DNA from: Octopus bimaculoides
Lineage: Eukaryota
DNA: 45,036 nt
Assembly: GCF_001194135.2 (NCBI RefSeq)
Contig: NC_068986.1
Location: 78,666,166-78,711,201 of the forward strand
Direction: 5' to 3'
This document shows positions 1-11,350 of this stretch, piece by piece (within the stretch, counting starts at the first letter, position 1; the number at the start of each line of letters is the position of its first letter). The notes beneath the pieces were generated by a model, which was not told the DNA's origin, searched no databases, and saw only the letters and a list, made by a program, of their open reading frames with translations. The position numbers were made by a program, and so were the translations under genes.

Positions 1-44
<44 letters not shown>

Positions 45-244
45 GGTCCATATATATATATGTATATAAATATACATATATATATACATACATATATATA
101 TATATATAAATATACATATAAATATATATATAAACATATACATATATATATATATATANNNNNNNNNNATATATATAAATATACATATAAATATATATAT
201 AAACATATACATATATATATATATATATTGATGCGTATAAATTT

Positions 245-416
245 GACCCCGTCGGTCGCTATTAACCATGATTGCACCTAAGAGCTTCCTCCTAGGCGGT
301 AGAATTCTGGGCGGAAAGTCACCTCACAGGCGAACGCACAATCTAGGGTTGTTTCTATGTAATACCAGCAGACCCCATGCATACCCACCTCTCCTCTACA
401 TACCACCCATGTTGCC
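245..416 (-). mobile_element. 5'-truncated copy (3' tail only) of the SINE at 28969-29285
   Basis: Reverse complement AACATGGGTGGTATGTAGAGGAGAGGTGGGTATGCATGGGGTCTGCTGGTATTACATAGAAACAAC...GGTGCAATCATGGTTA aligns by eye with 29140-29260 (GACATTGGTAGTTTGGAGAGGGGAGACTGGTATGCATGGGCGACTGCTGGTCTTCCATAAACAAC...GGTGCAATCCCATGGTCA). Confidence 0.7.
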
Positions 417-496
417 TTATACATACACACATACATACATGTATGTCCCATCTTTGTTGAGCCCTGCGTGGCTAATAAAAGAAATGTATATATATA

Positions 497-599
497 TATA
501 TATATATTTATATAAATATATATATACATATATATACGCGCCATGACAGATCGCTCTATATATATATTTATATAAATATATATATACATATATATACGC
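497..599. repeat. 60-bp period TA-rich minisatellite running into the 600-1259 gap
   Basis: 501-539 and 561-599 are identical (TATATATTTATATAAATATATATATACATATATATACGC) at a 60-nt offset, separated by GCCATGACAGATCGCTCTATA. Confidence 0.8.
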
Positions 600-1259
600 N
601 NNNNNNNNNNNNNNNNNNNNNNNNNNNNNNNNNNNNNNNNNNNNNNNNNNNNNNNNNNNNNNNNNNNNNNNNNNNNNNNNNNNNNNNNNNNNNNNNNNNN
701 NNNNNNNNNNNNNNNNNNNNNNNNNNNNNNNNNNNNNNNNNNNNNNNNNNNNNNNNNNNNNNNNNNNNNNNNNNNNNNNNNNNNNNNNNNNNNNNNNNNN
801 NNNNNNNNNNNNNNNNNNNNNNNNNNNNNNNNNNNNNNNNNNNNNNNNNNNNNNNNNNNNNNNNNNNNNNNNNNNNNNNNNNNNNNNNNNNNNNNNNNNN
901 NNNNNNNNNNNNNNNNNNNNNNNNNNNNNNNNNNNNNNNNNNNNNNNNNNNNNNNNNNNNNNNNNNNNNNNNNNNNNNNNNNNNNNNNNNNNNNNNNNNN
1001 NNNNNNNNNNNNNNNNNNNNNNNNNNNNNNNNNNNNNNNNNNNNNNNNNNNNNNNNNNNNNNNNNNNNNNNNNNNNNNNNNNNNNNNNNNNNNNNNNNNN
1101 NNNNNNNNNNNNNNNNNNNNNNNNNNNNNNNNNNNNNNNNNNNNNNNNNNNNNNNNNNNNNNNNNNNNNNNNNNNNNNNNNNNNNNNNNNNNNNNNNNNN
1201 NNNNNNNNNNNNNNNNNNNNNNNNNNNNNNNNNNNNNNNNNNNNNNNNNNNNNNNNNNN

Positions 1260-1300
<41 letters not shown>

Positions 1301-1321
1301 GTCTATATTTACGTGTATATC

Positions 1322-1433
1322 CATACATACATACATACATACATACATACATTCATGCATACATACATACATACGTACATACATACATACATACATACAT
1401 ACGTACATACATACATACATACATAAATACATG

Positions 1434-1459
<26 letters not shown>
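1322..1459. repeat. (TACA)n microsatellite
   Basis: Directly visible, slightly degenerate. Confidence 0.95.
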
Positions 1460-1464
<5 letters not shown>

Positions 1465-2251
1465 GTATTTTTAAAGGTGACAGTGTGTGGTTCACTATGT
1501 TATCAAGTGAAGGATACAGGACCAGAATTTCTGTAAATCTGTTATGCGAATACTTTGTGACCATAAAAAGTCGAGAGAACCGCTTGTGGTGTCTTAAACA
1601 CTGTATGTTCGCCATTTGGAATGACGTCTGTTGTTAATTTAAGAAGTCAAGATTATTTATAGAGAGAACTGTAAATGTGCAATTTACAAATACTATAATT
1701 AAGGAAATCACAGCCTTGTTATTAACATCAGCCATGTACCACGTGCTATAGATAATTACTGTGCCTATCTGAATTAAAAGTTGATACAACTGCCACCAGT
1801 TGATGATGTATCAAACCAAAGTACTTCGAGTAGATATAAGATGGATGAAAGTGGAGGGGAAGAAACATTGTCATCAAGAGTTTGCATTAAATTTCATCGA
1901 ATTTCTGAGATGTGTCCATAGCTAACTATATTGGATTTTACACCGTACAGCATTTGTTAATTAAGCCCGATATGGAACATTTTGAGGAAGATAGAGATTA
2001 GAAAGTGAAGTGGTTAGAAAAAGTGAAGGAATAAAACTATATAGAGAGTTTGAGTGAAAAGTTGAGTGGAAAGTGAGTATAAGAGAAGAACTGAGAAATG
2101 AGAGAAAAGAGAGGGAGCTGAAAGCAAGAAAGAGAGAGAGAGCTGAAAGCAAGAAAGAGAGAGAGAGGAAAATAGAACAACTGCTAGGATCGCCAAGCAT
2201 TAGAAAATTAGTGTTTTGGTAGGGCACATTTGGAATTATAGCTAAAAGGAA

Positions 2252-2328
<77 letters not shown>
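2252..2328. repeat. (TATC)n microsatellite
   Basis: Directly visible perfect tract. Confidence 0.98.
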
Positions 2329-2329
<1 letters not shown>

Positions 2330-3189
2330 GGAATGGTGGTGGTGGTGGGTGCAAAACGGGTAAGTTGGGCAAAATAAATCCTTTTTGATTTCTCGTTAAT
2401 TTCTTCCATAATTTTTGTAGTATTGCATCACTTTTGGAATTAAAATCGGTCTGCATAGTTATTGTGGAAGCTGAGAGATTTTGAAGCATAGTCAGTTGAC
2501 AGGTAGTTTGTTTTTCAAGAAATATTTCCTCAACTTTGACCCGATTGTAATTGAGGCTGCTAATAAAATATCTGGATAATTTTTGGTGTTTAACAATCAA
2601 ATTTGTTTTCTTTGTTGGATTCTAAGTCAATTTTCCCCCCACATTAATGTCTAATTTGATAACTTTTAATTTTCAAAAAAATTATCTCAAGTGGGGCAAG
2701 ATTAATCATGGCTAAATTTAATAATTTCTTCTGTTTAACTACTTTCTAGATAAACGTCAAGAAGGGAGCCACTGCTGTAGTTGAGTTTGTAGAGTCAGTC
2801 GAGTTTCATTTATTTCATATGATCTGCAATTTTTCTACGATTCTCTTCTATTTAACCGAGATATTTTCAAATTTGGTTCAGTTCTAACGTTCCTGATGTG
2901 TAAAGCTAGATATTTATGCGCGTGAGTCATTTTTCAAAGGTAATTTTAAAGAACTGAAGAAGCATTATCTCGGACTCATTTTGTCGATTGCATGCTCCTA
3001 GAAAATGGTGATAATTATCTGAAATAGTGTTCTGAATAAGTTATAGTACTTGTAGTGCATTTAGAGGTCATTTGCTTAGCTGATATAGTTTTCGGAAGGT
3101 TGGGGACATTTGTAAAAAATATATTTTTTCTCCTAATCAAACATGCAAAAGATATAAGCAATAGTATCTCGCTCCCTATATATATGTGT

Positions 3190-3232
3190 GTGAGTGAGTG
3201 AGTGAGTGAGTGAGTGAGTGAGTGAGTGAGTG

Positions 3233-3292
<60 letters not shown>
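3190..3292. repeat. compound (GAGT)n(GT)n microsatellite
   Basis: Directly visible. Confidence 0.98.
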
Positions 3293-3295
<3 letters not shown>

Positions 3296-3499
3296 TTGTG
3301 CATTTTCTATATATTGCAAGCCAGGAGAGACTGCTGCCATGCCTAGCAAACGAGTTCCCACCCCGAATAAATTCAATAAGATCGAAATCACGTGGTCGGG
3401 TAGTTTCTGAACTAGGGTGCCAGTTCTCTCTAGCTTGCAATCAATATCGAGATCAAAAGCGCAATGAATAAACCGGATGGTGGAGATATTTTCCTGTGG

Positions 3500-3720
3500 T
3501 TAAAGCAGCATTATCGTCAACTGTGAAAGAACACCCATGTTGAAGTGGTGACAAACACGACCTTTTCCTTCGTATACTGTTTCCACCGCGATCAAAGATT
3601 TTCTAACGGACTAGTTTCCTATTTACAAAATCAGAGTTTCAGTCTCCTTACAAGAACGCCAAAAGAAGGAAAACCTGTTCATACAAAAGAAACAGACCAC
3701 ACCTTAATATACAAACTTGA
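3500..3720 (+). pseudogene. Probable 3' end of a Penelope-like GIY-YIG endonuclease domain
   Basis: 3615-3720 reads FPIYKIRVSVSLQERQKKENLFIQK(frameshift)NRPHLNIQT*, resembling the PLE endonuclease C-terminal pattern FP.YK...R..KE..FI....P.LN*. Upstream YRQL..V.EH..C is weakly similar. The GIY/YIG motifs themselves were not seen. Confidence 0.5.
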
Positions 3721-3989
3721 CCATCTGATCCCTACGCATTCCTATTTCCAAATGAAATTCATTTACCACTACTCAATAATGCTGAGGAGATAGTTGTCCT
3801 CCTTACCACCTGTTGCCTCCCTTTACACACTCTTTCCATTTATTCTTATTTATCTAGAAATCCAAAATGGCGTGATTCCTTTGCCACAAGGAATGATTAC
3901 TTCACAATATCTCTTGAACAGCTAATTTAAATAGCAAAATCCGGCTGGATATCACTACATTTTATCAGACTTTTACCATCCATTTCTTC

Positions 3990-4250
3990 GCTACTTATAT
4001 TCTTTGGACGATGTTTTAGGCACTGAGCAATCCCTCCTTTTACACTGTATGGATGGTGGGAATTGAAGTTTAGGTATCGACCAGTGAAGGTCGGCTTGCG
4101 GTATACGGATGTCCTGAATTCATTCTTGGTGCGTGTTATTAATACGTCCAGGAACGCTAGCTGATTGTCTTTTTTTCCCTTTCCATTGAGAACTGTATGG
4201 ATGGCTTTATTGAATTCACATGATCTAACAGCACTTGGCCATCGTCGTGG
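3990..4250 (-). pseudogene. Penelope-like element reverse transcriptase fragment (post-YVDD palm and thumb)
   Basis: Minus strand reads HHDDGQVLLDHVNSIKPSIQFSMEREK(frameshift in A-run)DNQLAFLDVLITRTKNEFRTSVYRKPTFTGRYLNFNSHHPYSVKGGIAQCLKHRPKNISS, matching the canonical PLE pattern FL.HLNS..P.IQFTME.E....LPFLDV......TVYRKPT.T.RYL.F.SHHP...K. Confidence 0.9.
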
Positions 4251-4308
4251 TGGATATAATCAGTTCATCAGCAGGAAAGTCAACATTCCGAGTTCGATTC
4301 CAAGCTGA

Positions 4309-4312
<4 letters not shown>

Positions 4313-4372
<60 letters not shown>

Positions 4373-4377
4373 CAACA
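4313..4377. repeat. (AAT)n(AAC)n microsatellite abutting the HHR-bearing element
   Basis: Directly visible. Confidence 0.97.
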
Positions 4378-4500
4378 TCGAAACCCAGGTTCGAAATTAC
4401 CCCCTATACCTGATGAAGCCTGGAGGGTACATCAGCCGAAACGTTGTGTTAACAAACAAGATGTGGACAAATATCCGTCAAATTTAAATAATTTAAGTAA
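4376..4500 (+). mobile_element. Short HHR-bearing repeat, probable PLE pseudo-LTR fragment; copy 1
   Basis: Homologous to 33671-33835 (shared CCAGGTTCGAAATT.CCCC, CTGATGAAG.CTGGAGGGTA.ATCAGCCGAAAC, AAGATG.GGACAAATATCCGTCAAAT.TAA). The pLTR assignment is inferred from the known association of minimal HHRs with PLEs. Confidence 0.75.
4406..4449 (+). ncRNA. Minimal type I hammerhead ribozyme motif
   Basis: ATAC-CTGATGA-A-GCCTG-gagggtacat-CAGCC-GAA-ACGT-T-GTGT: core CUGAUGA and GAAA intact, stem I ATAC/GTGT (one G-U), stem II 4 of 5 pairs (sister copy has perfect GGCTG/CAGCC), palindromic ACGT stem III, GUU cleavage triplet. Confidence 0.8.
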
Positions 4501-5043
4501 TATATACACATAATATTTANNNNNNNNNNNNNNNNNNNNNNNNNNNNNNNNNNNNNNNNNNNNNNNNNNNNNNNNNNNNNNNNNNNNNNNNNNNNNNNNN
4601 NNNNNNNNNNNNNNNATATATATAGACGGTTTAGATATAGATTCAAGGTTGAATATGGTACTTATGCGTAGGCACCCAAATATCGTATCCCAAAAGGATA
4701 GGTGATCAAAATCAAAAAATAAGCAACACGGATTTCAAAGGTGATTGCAGTACGCACGTTTCATGCTACTCCAATTTATTTAAGTAATGCGAGCATTACA
4801 TTAAATGCAATATGAAGAGCAATCTTCAGCTGCATGAAAATGCAGAAAATTACTGTAGAAAAGACATATTATAAATGTGGTAACATTTCAAATCCAAGTG
4901 GGAGAGAGAATACATAAAAATCCAAATGTGAGGAAGAATACATAAGTCCATGTAGAATGTATAGATATATATTATAATATACATATATGTATATATATTA
5001 TAATATATATATATATACATATTATTATATATATATACATATT

Positions 5044-5074
<31 letters not shown>

Positions 5075-5233
5075 CGATGGCCTCCTTTCAGTTTCCATCT
5101 GCCAAATCCACTTACCAAGCTTTGGTTGGCCCGAGGGTATAGAAGACACTTACCTATGGTGCTGCACAGTGGTACTGAGCTTGGAACCATGTGGTTGGTA
5201 TGCAAGCTTCTTACCACACAGCCACACCTGCGC
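5075..5233 (-). mobile_element. tRNA-derived SINE family A
   Basis: Minus strand GCGCAGGTGTGGCTGTGTGGTAAGAAGCTTGC (A box) ...GGTTCCAAGCTCAGTACC (B-box-like) ...GGATTTGGCAGATGGAAACTGAAAGGAGGCCATCG then (TA)n; homologous to 11185, 18652, 23281, 39445, 44822. Confidence 0.85.
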
Positions 5234-6914
5234 ATATATATATATATATANNNNNNNNNNNNNNNNNNNNNNNNNNNNNNNNNNNNNNNNNNNNNNNNNN
5301 NNNNNNNNNNNNNNNNNNNNNNNNNNNNNNNNNNNNNNNNNNNNNNNNNNNNNNNNNNNNNNNNNNNNNNNNNNNNNNNNNNNNNNNNNNNNNNNNNNNN
5401 NNNNNNNNNNNNNNNNNNNNNNNNNNNNNNNNNNNNNNNNNNNNNNNNNNNNNNNNNNNNNNNNNNNNNNNNNNNNNNNNNNNNNNNNNNNNNNNNNNNN
5501 NNNNNNNNNNNNNNNNNNNNNNNNNNNNNNNNNNNNNNNNNNNNNNNNNNNNNNNNNNNNNNNNNNNNNNNNNNNNNNNNNNNNNNNNNNNNNNNNNNNN
5601 NNNNNNNNNNNNNNNNNNNNNNNNNNNNNNNNNNNNNNNNNNNNNNNNNNNNNNNNNNNNNNNNNNNNNNNNNNNNNNNNNNNNNNNNNNNNNNNNNNNN
5701 NNNNNNNNNNNNNNNNNNNNNNNNNNNNNNNNNNNNNNNNNNNNNNNNNNNNNNNNNNNNNNNNNATATATATGGATTGATAGAAAAATAGACGCATATT
5801 TTTTCTGTATGTATAGGAATATAAATATATACCTTTTATATATGTATAGAGCAGTCAAATACATCAAACATAATAAGGCCGGTAATACAACGCAGAGTTC
5901 AAAGCTCGATATTCATATTCGAATGCAGAAAAAGTTTTCTTAAGATTTATGTGATAGAAGTGGAACGAAGAATGAAAAGAACAATCATGGAGTAAAGATT
6001 TGACAGATAATGTATTAGTTTAGCGTTTTAATTGAGTCTTCGTGTTTCGGACATTGGTCCCTCAACAGCACAGTGTTAGACAAATGAGTGAAGCATAGAG
6101 AGTGGGAGAAAGAGAAATAGTCAGAGAGTGGCAGAAAACAACGGGCTAAAAATTAGAAATGAGGTAGAAATGTGCGGAGGTAAGAAGAAAAGAATGGATC
6201 TGGTGCGTATGTAGAAGTATGGGAATGTACTGGAGGATTTTGTTGCCATTTGTTATAAAGAACAGCATCTCTAAGTTTCTTAAAGTAAAGACACAAACTT
6301 TCTTCTGTTGACTGAAGTTGCGTATTAAAAGAAAAAGTTATACGACATCCCCAATCAGCAAGAGGAATTTAATCCTACGGTGACACGCAAAGCCAACACT
6401 ACATACTCATTTCTCATCTATCAGCTTGCCAACCCAAGAGAAATTGTATCCCCTATCCATTTCAATTAACTGGCCTTCTGGCAATTTTATTTCTCAGAGA
6501 GGTTAGCAATATTGACCTTGTATCGGTGAACCTCTGCACCAACAAGAGCAGTACAGTGTTCAGGTCTGCTGTATTCTTTGACACCTTATCCAGTCCCGTC
6601 CCAGTAAATAGGTGACCAGTACCCTAATGAAATCAAGTTGCTTAGTCACAATCTGATCACAGGGGATCGCACGGAAGTTTTTAGTTGCCAGGTTGTTAAA
6701 ATAAATCCTTTACCGCCTAATGCACAAGTTTGTGATTATGCTCCCGACTCGTCATGTCTGTGTAAGTTGCAACGCATCCATCATCAAAGAACTTTGGGGG
6801 ACCAGTATGGTTAAAACTTCTTGTATATATTTTTATCTCTGTATATATCATTACTTATTTATTTATATTTACGTACGCATACACATGTATACTTTTATAT
6901 GTCGATACATAACT

Positions 6915-6945
<31 letters not shown>

Positions 6946-7714
6946 TATATATATATANNNNNNNNNNNNNNNNNNNNNNNNNNNNNNNNNNNNNNNNNNN
7001 NNNNNNNNNNNNNNNNNNNNNNNNNNNNNNNNNNNNNNNNNNNNNNNNNNNNNNNNNNNNNNNNNNNNNNNNNNNNNNNNNNNNNNNNNNNNNNNNNNNN
7101 NNNNNNNNNNNNNNNNNNNNNNNNNNNNNNNNNNNNNNNNNNNNNNNNNNNNNNNNNNNNNNNNNNNNNNNNNNNNNNNNNNNNNNNNNNNNNNNNNNNN
7201 NNNNNNNNNNNNNNNNNNNNNNNNNNNNNNNNNNNNNNNNNNNNNNNNNNNTATATATATCTACGTATACGGATTTATGTGCTTTTATGCATATTTATTT
7301 CCTGCATCTAAACGAAATATTTTACAATGTTTTCAACGTTAAAAGAGCTATAAATTTTTGTAAATGTATCACATCTTCACGGATATACAACCGCTTTTCA
7401 CTTTCATCTGCCAAATTGGCAGGCTAATAATATGTTGAAAGAAAATATGACTTTATCTTTTTAATCAACAATAATAACCGTAGCACGTTTCTTAACTGCT
7501 TAATATAGCCATCTGCCAAATAGTGAAACCACCAATAAAAATATTCTGTTTAATGATTATAAGTTAGTTCCTGGTTTTACCATTCTAGTTTGGAAGTACG
7601 TATTTGTGTTATGTGAGACAGTGAATGTTTGTTTGTTTGTTTGTGCGTGTGTGTGTGTGTGTGTGTAAGCATGTATTAATAACGTATTGTTATTGTCTAT
7701 TATTATTGCCTATC

Positions 7715-7915
7715 ATTCACCAGGCTAGCCATGATCCAGCGACTCCGAAATGAGAATCCTTTCAACCCTGCCATCACCGTCTCTGTTAACATTTACCTTG
7801 AACTACATACATTATAAGCTGTCATTTTTTTTAAAAAAGACTTTAGATTTTGATTTATGAGCAAAGCAATTTCGCTGCTATTTATTCAAGGTCGATCAAC
7901 CACGTAGATGCTCCG
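7715..7915 (-). mobile_element. Degenerate interspersed repeat family G
   Basis: Shares GCTGCTATTT..CAAGGTCGA.CAACCACGTAGA.GCTCC and ATTCC/ATCC.TTC..CC.TG.CCATC.CCGTC blocks with 13305-13520, 27260-27525 and 42925-43075 (by-eye alignment). Confidence 0.45.
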
Positions 7916-7996
7916 AAGTTGGTTACGTCTTTAGATGGATAGCTTATTCTATGACAATGAGATCGAATAATAATATATTGAAGCATATGATGATGT

Positions 7997-8180
7997 CTTT
8001 TATCTTCTTGTTTCAGTCATTTTGACTACGACCATGCTAGAGCACAGCAATGAAGGGTCTTATTTTTTAAGCCTGGTACTTATTCTTTGACCGAACTGCT
8101 AAGTTACAGGAATCTAAACACAACAGCGGTAGTAGGTTCTCAAGCGGTTGTAGGGGACAAACGTAAACACAAAAACACAT
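7997..8180 (-). mobile_element. 3' module of composite SINE family A (head possibly in adjacent gap)
   Basis: CTTGTTTCAGTCATTTTGACTACGACCATGCTAGAGCAC...GTACTTATTC...CCGAACTGCTAAGTTAC...TCAAGCGGTTGTAGGGGACAAAC is the reverse complement of the module at 18900-19105 and 23515-23715. Confidence 0.8.
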
Positions 8181-8184
8181 ACCC

Positions 8185-8215
<31 letters not shown>

Positions 8216-8797
8216 NNNNNNNNNNNNNNNNNNNNNNNNNNNNNNNNNNNNNNNNNNNNNNNNNNNNNNNNNNNNNNNNNNNNNNNNNNNNNNNNNNNNN
8301 NNNNNNNNNNNNNNNNNNNNNNNNNNNNNNNNNNNNNNNNNNNNNNNNNNNNNNNNNNNNNNNNNNNNNNNNNNNNNNNNNNNNNNNNNNNNNNNNNNNN
8401 NNNNNNNNNNNNNNNNNNNNNNNNNNNNNNNNNNNNNNNNNNNNNNNNNNNNNNNNNNNNNNNNNNNNNNNNNNNNNNNNNNNNNNNNNNNNNNNNNNNN
8501 NNNNNNNNNNNNNNNNNNNNNNNNNNNNNNNNNNNNNNNNNNNNNNNNNNNNNNNNNNNNNNNNNNNNNNNNNNNNNNNNNNNNNNNNNNNNNNNNNNNN
8601 NNNNNNNNNNNNNNNNNNNNNNNNNNNNNNNNNNNNNNNNNNNNNNNNNNNNNNNNNNNNNNNNNNNNNNNNNNNNNNNNNNNNNNNNNNNNNNNNNNNN
8701 NNNNNNNNNNNNNNNNNNNNNNNNNNNNNNNNNNNNNNNNNNNNNNNNNNNNNNNNNNNNNNNNNNNNNNNNNNNNNNNNNNNNNNNNNNNNNNNNN

Positions 8798-8855
<58 letters not shown>

Positions 8856-9619
8856 TGTATATATGTATATACATATATATGTATATATATATATGTACAT
8901 ATATACATCTCTCTCTCTATATATATATATATGTATAAATTATAATCTAAGCAGTTTATTTAATGTATTGTTAGCATGTTCTTTGCTTCAGTACTCCTTT
9001 ATTAAATACCAGTAAATGCCAATGATCAATTTTCATAGATACCATCTAATCAAGTTAGTATTTAAGTATATACTATGTATAAAGATTAAACTATTGCTAT
9101 GTAATTTCTTTTCCTCCCTCTCTTGTGGTAAAATTTGGTATATACTCAAAAGTATTAAAAGAAAATTATCCGTTTGTTATAATATTCTTATTAATAAGCT
9201 TCTGAATAAACCTAAATTTTAACTTTATACATTATGGCAATATTGTTTAAAATATTTAACTAAAGTACTCCATAATAAAATTTCCCCCGTATTATCATCA
9301 TTGATTTACTGGAATTTTGCCTCTTTAATTGTCAGCTAACATCTTAATTTAAGATTTCCTTTACCAAATCTCATTGTATTGCTTCAAATTAATCTTGATA
9401 GTTTTATGACTCTACCCATTATGATTTCTGTCGACTCTTTCAATCCCCTCCCTAACAGACACTGCTCATTGTTCTTTGGCTTTAGATTTTGATATACAAA
9501 GATTTGATAAACAAGACTATAAATTAAAACTGACCCCCAAAAATAGTGACAAGCTAGATCTCTAACAAGTCTTCCTGATACCTTAGTAGCTTCTAAGTTG
9601 AAGCGAAGACCGCATGTTC

Positions 9620-10140
9620 TTTGTCTATCTCCTTACCTTCTTGGAGGTACTAGGTAAAATTATACTAACGTGTCCATCTGTTTTAATTTAATTCTATATA
9701 TATATATATATATATAATACAAAGAATATATATACATGTATAGACACATATATGTACATACTTACATCTACATGTGTATATATATATATGCATATCAGGG
9801 TACAGGACGCTAGAACAATGAACTACAGACAACGGAACGAACACATAGGAAAACGGAAAGCCACTTTGAATATTCCTTCATCAGCTGCCTCTATTCTACC
9901 CTGACGTTTCGAAGATAAGGCAGATGGTACTCTAGAATAGTCTCTTCCTGAGTAGTGGATCAACCCACTACACAGAGGATTCCAAGGTGACAAACACAAA
10001 CCAAGACAGGAAAAATTGGACAGTGAAAGCAACATTCAAAAGCAGTACGGCCAAACGCGAATCTGAGGTAGAACGCTAGTAGTTCGTCTTGCCTTCACAG
10101 CGGCTGGAGTGAAAAGAAAGCTGACCACAGGTCACACGAG
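9620..10140 (-). mobile_element. Unclassified repeat with HHR-like modules, copy 1 (possible PLE pLTR)
   Basis: 9627-9910 is near-identical to 10600-11010; minus strand carries CGAAACGTC and CTGATGAAG within 30 nt. Confidence 0.55.
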
Positions 10141-10144
10141 AGCA

Positions 10145-10480
10145 GAGAGGATGGTGGAGGGAGGAAGTGGGACAAGGAGGAAGGGACAGAAAGGTATAGT
10201 AGTGAAGTAGAGGCCAGGACAACAGAAGGGAGCAGAGCGAGAGGGGGAGATGGGTAAGAAGAAAGATAGATAGGTAGATAAATAGAGGGATAGGTAGAAA
10301 GATAGAGAAAGAGAGAGGATGGTAGGGAGGGGAAGTGGAACGAGGAGGAAGAGACAGAAGTATATAGCAATGAAGTAGAAGCCAAGATAACAGAAGAAAG
10401 CAGAGCGAGAGGGAGAGATGGGTAAGAAGAAAGATAGATAGGTGGATAGAGGGATAGAGGGATAGATAGAAAGATAGAGG
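10145..10480. repeat. Two-copy tandem duplication of a purine-rich ~168-bp unit
   Basis: GAGAGGATGGT at 10145 and 10313; shared GCAGAGCGAGAGGG.GAGATGGGTAAGAAGAAAGATAGATAGGT.GATA. Confidence 0.85.
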
Positions 10481-10500
10481 AAGCCAGATAGATAAATAGA

Positions 10501-10513
10501 TAGGTAGATAGAT

Positions 10514-10579
<66 letters not shown>
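10501..10579. repeat. (AGAT)n microsatellite
   Basis: Directly visible. Confidence 0.95.
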
Positions 10580-10580
<1 letters not shown>

Positions 10581-10599
10581 GTCACGTCAGAATAATAAA

Positions 10600-11010
10600 G
10601 TATCTCCTTACCTTCATGGAGGTACTAGGTAAAATTATACTAACGTGTCCATCTGTTTTAATTTAATTCTATATATATATATATATATAATACAAAGAAT
10701 ATGTATACATGTATACACACATATATGTACATACTTACATCTACATGTGTATATATATGCATATCAGGGTACAGGACGTTACTTGCAAAAAAGGACGTGT
10801 GCGTTCAATAATGTAATAATACAAAGAATATATATACATGTATACACACATATATGTACATACTTACATCTACATGTGTATATATATATGCATATCAGAG
10901 TACAGGACGTTAGAACAATGAACTACAGACAACGGAACGAACACATAGGAAAACGGAAAGCCACTTGGAATATTCCTTCATCAGCTGCCTCTATTCTACC
11001 CTGACGTTTC
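10600..11010 (-). mobile_element. Unclassified repeat with HHR-like modules, copy 2, with internal ~90-bp duplication
   Basis: Near-identical to 9627-9910; block TAATACAAAGAATAT...CAG.GTACAGGACGTT occurs twice (about 10688-10780 and 10817-10911); ends at CTGACGTTTC just before the gap. Confidence 0.6.
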
Positions 11011-11139
11011 AATATNNNNNNNNNNNNNNNNNNNNNNNNNNNNNNNNNNNNNNNNNNNNNNNNNNNNNNNNNNNNNNNNNNNNNNNNNNNNNNNNNNNNN
11101 NNNNNNNNNNNNNNNNNNNNNNNNNNNNNNNNNNNNNNN

Positions 11140-11170
<31 letters not shown>

Positions 11171-11184
11171 TATGTATATATATA

Positions 11185-11328
11185 CGACGGGCTTCTTTCA
11201 GTTTCCGTCTACGAAATCCACTCACAGGGCATTGGTAGGCCCATGTCAATAGTACAAGACACTTGCCCAAGTTGCCGCACAGTAGGACTGAACCTGGAGC
11301 TGTGTGGTTGGGAAGCAAGCTTCTTACC
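11185..11328 (-). mobile_element. SINE family A
   Basis: CGACGGGCTTCTTTCAGTTTCCGTCTACGAAATCCACTCAC...GACACTTGCCCAAG...GGACTGAACC...GCAAGCTTCTTACC; homologous to 5075-5233. Confidence 0.85.
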
Positions 11329-11350
11329 TAACGTTCACATTAGAATTCAA

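Noticed and set aside
88-230. Apparent tandem duplication across the 10-N gap; same at 21865-21915
   Set aside because: Identical sequence on both sides of a minimal gap is the signature of unmerged contig overlap.
2319-2720. 93-aa minus-strand ORF and GGGGCAAG-like motifs suggesting a DNA transposon
   Set aside because: No recognisable domain and no convincing TIR pair found by eye.
3871-3900. Perfect 7-bp hairpin ATTCCTT/AAGGAAT downstream of the endonuclease fragment as a possible HHR stem II
   Set aside because: Neither CTGANGA nor GAAA flanks it.
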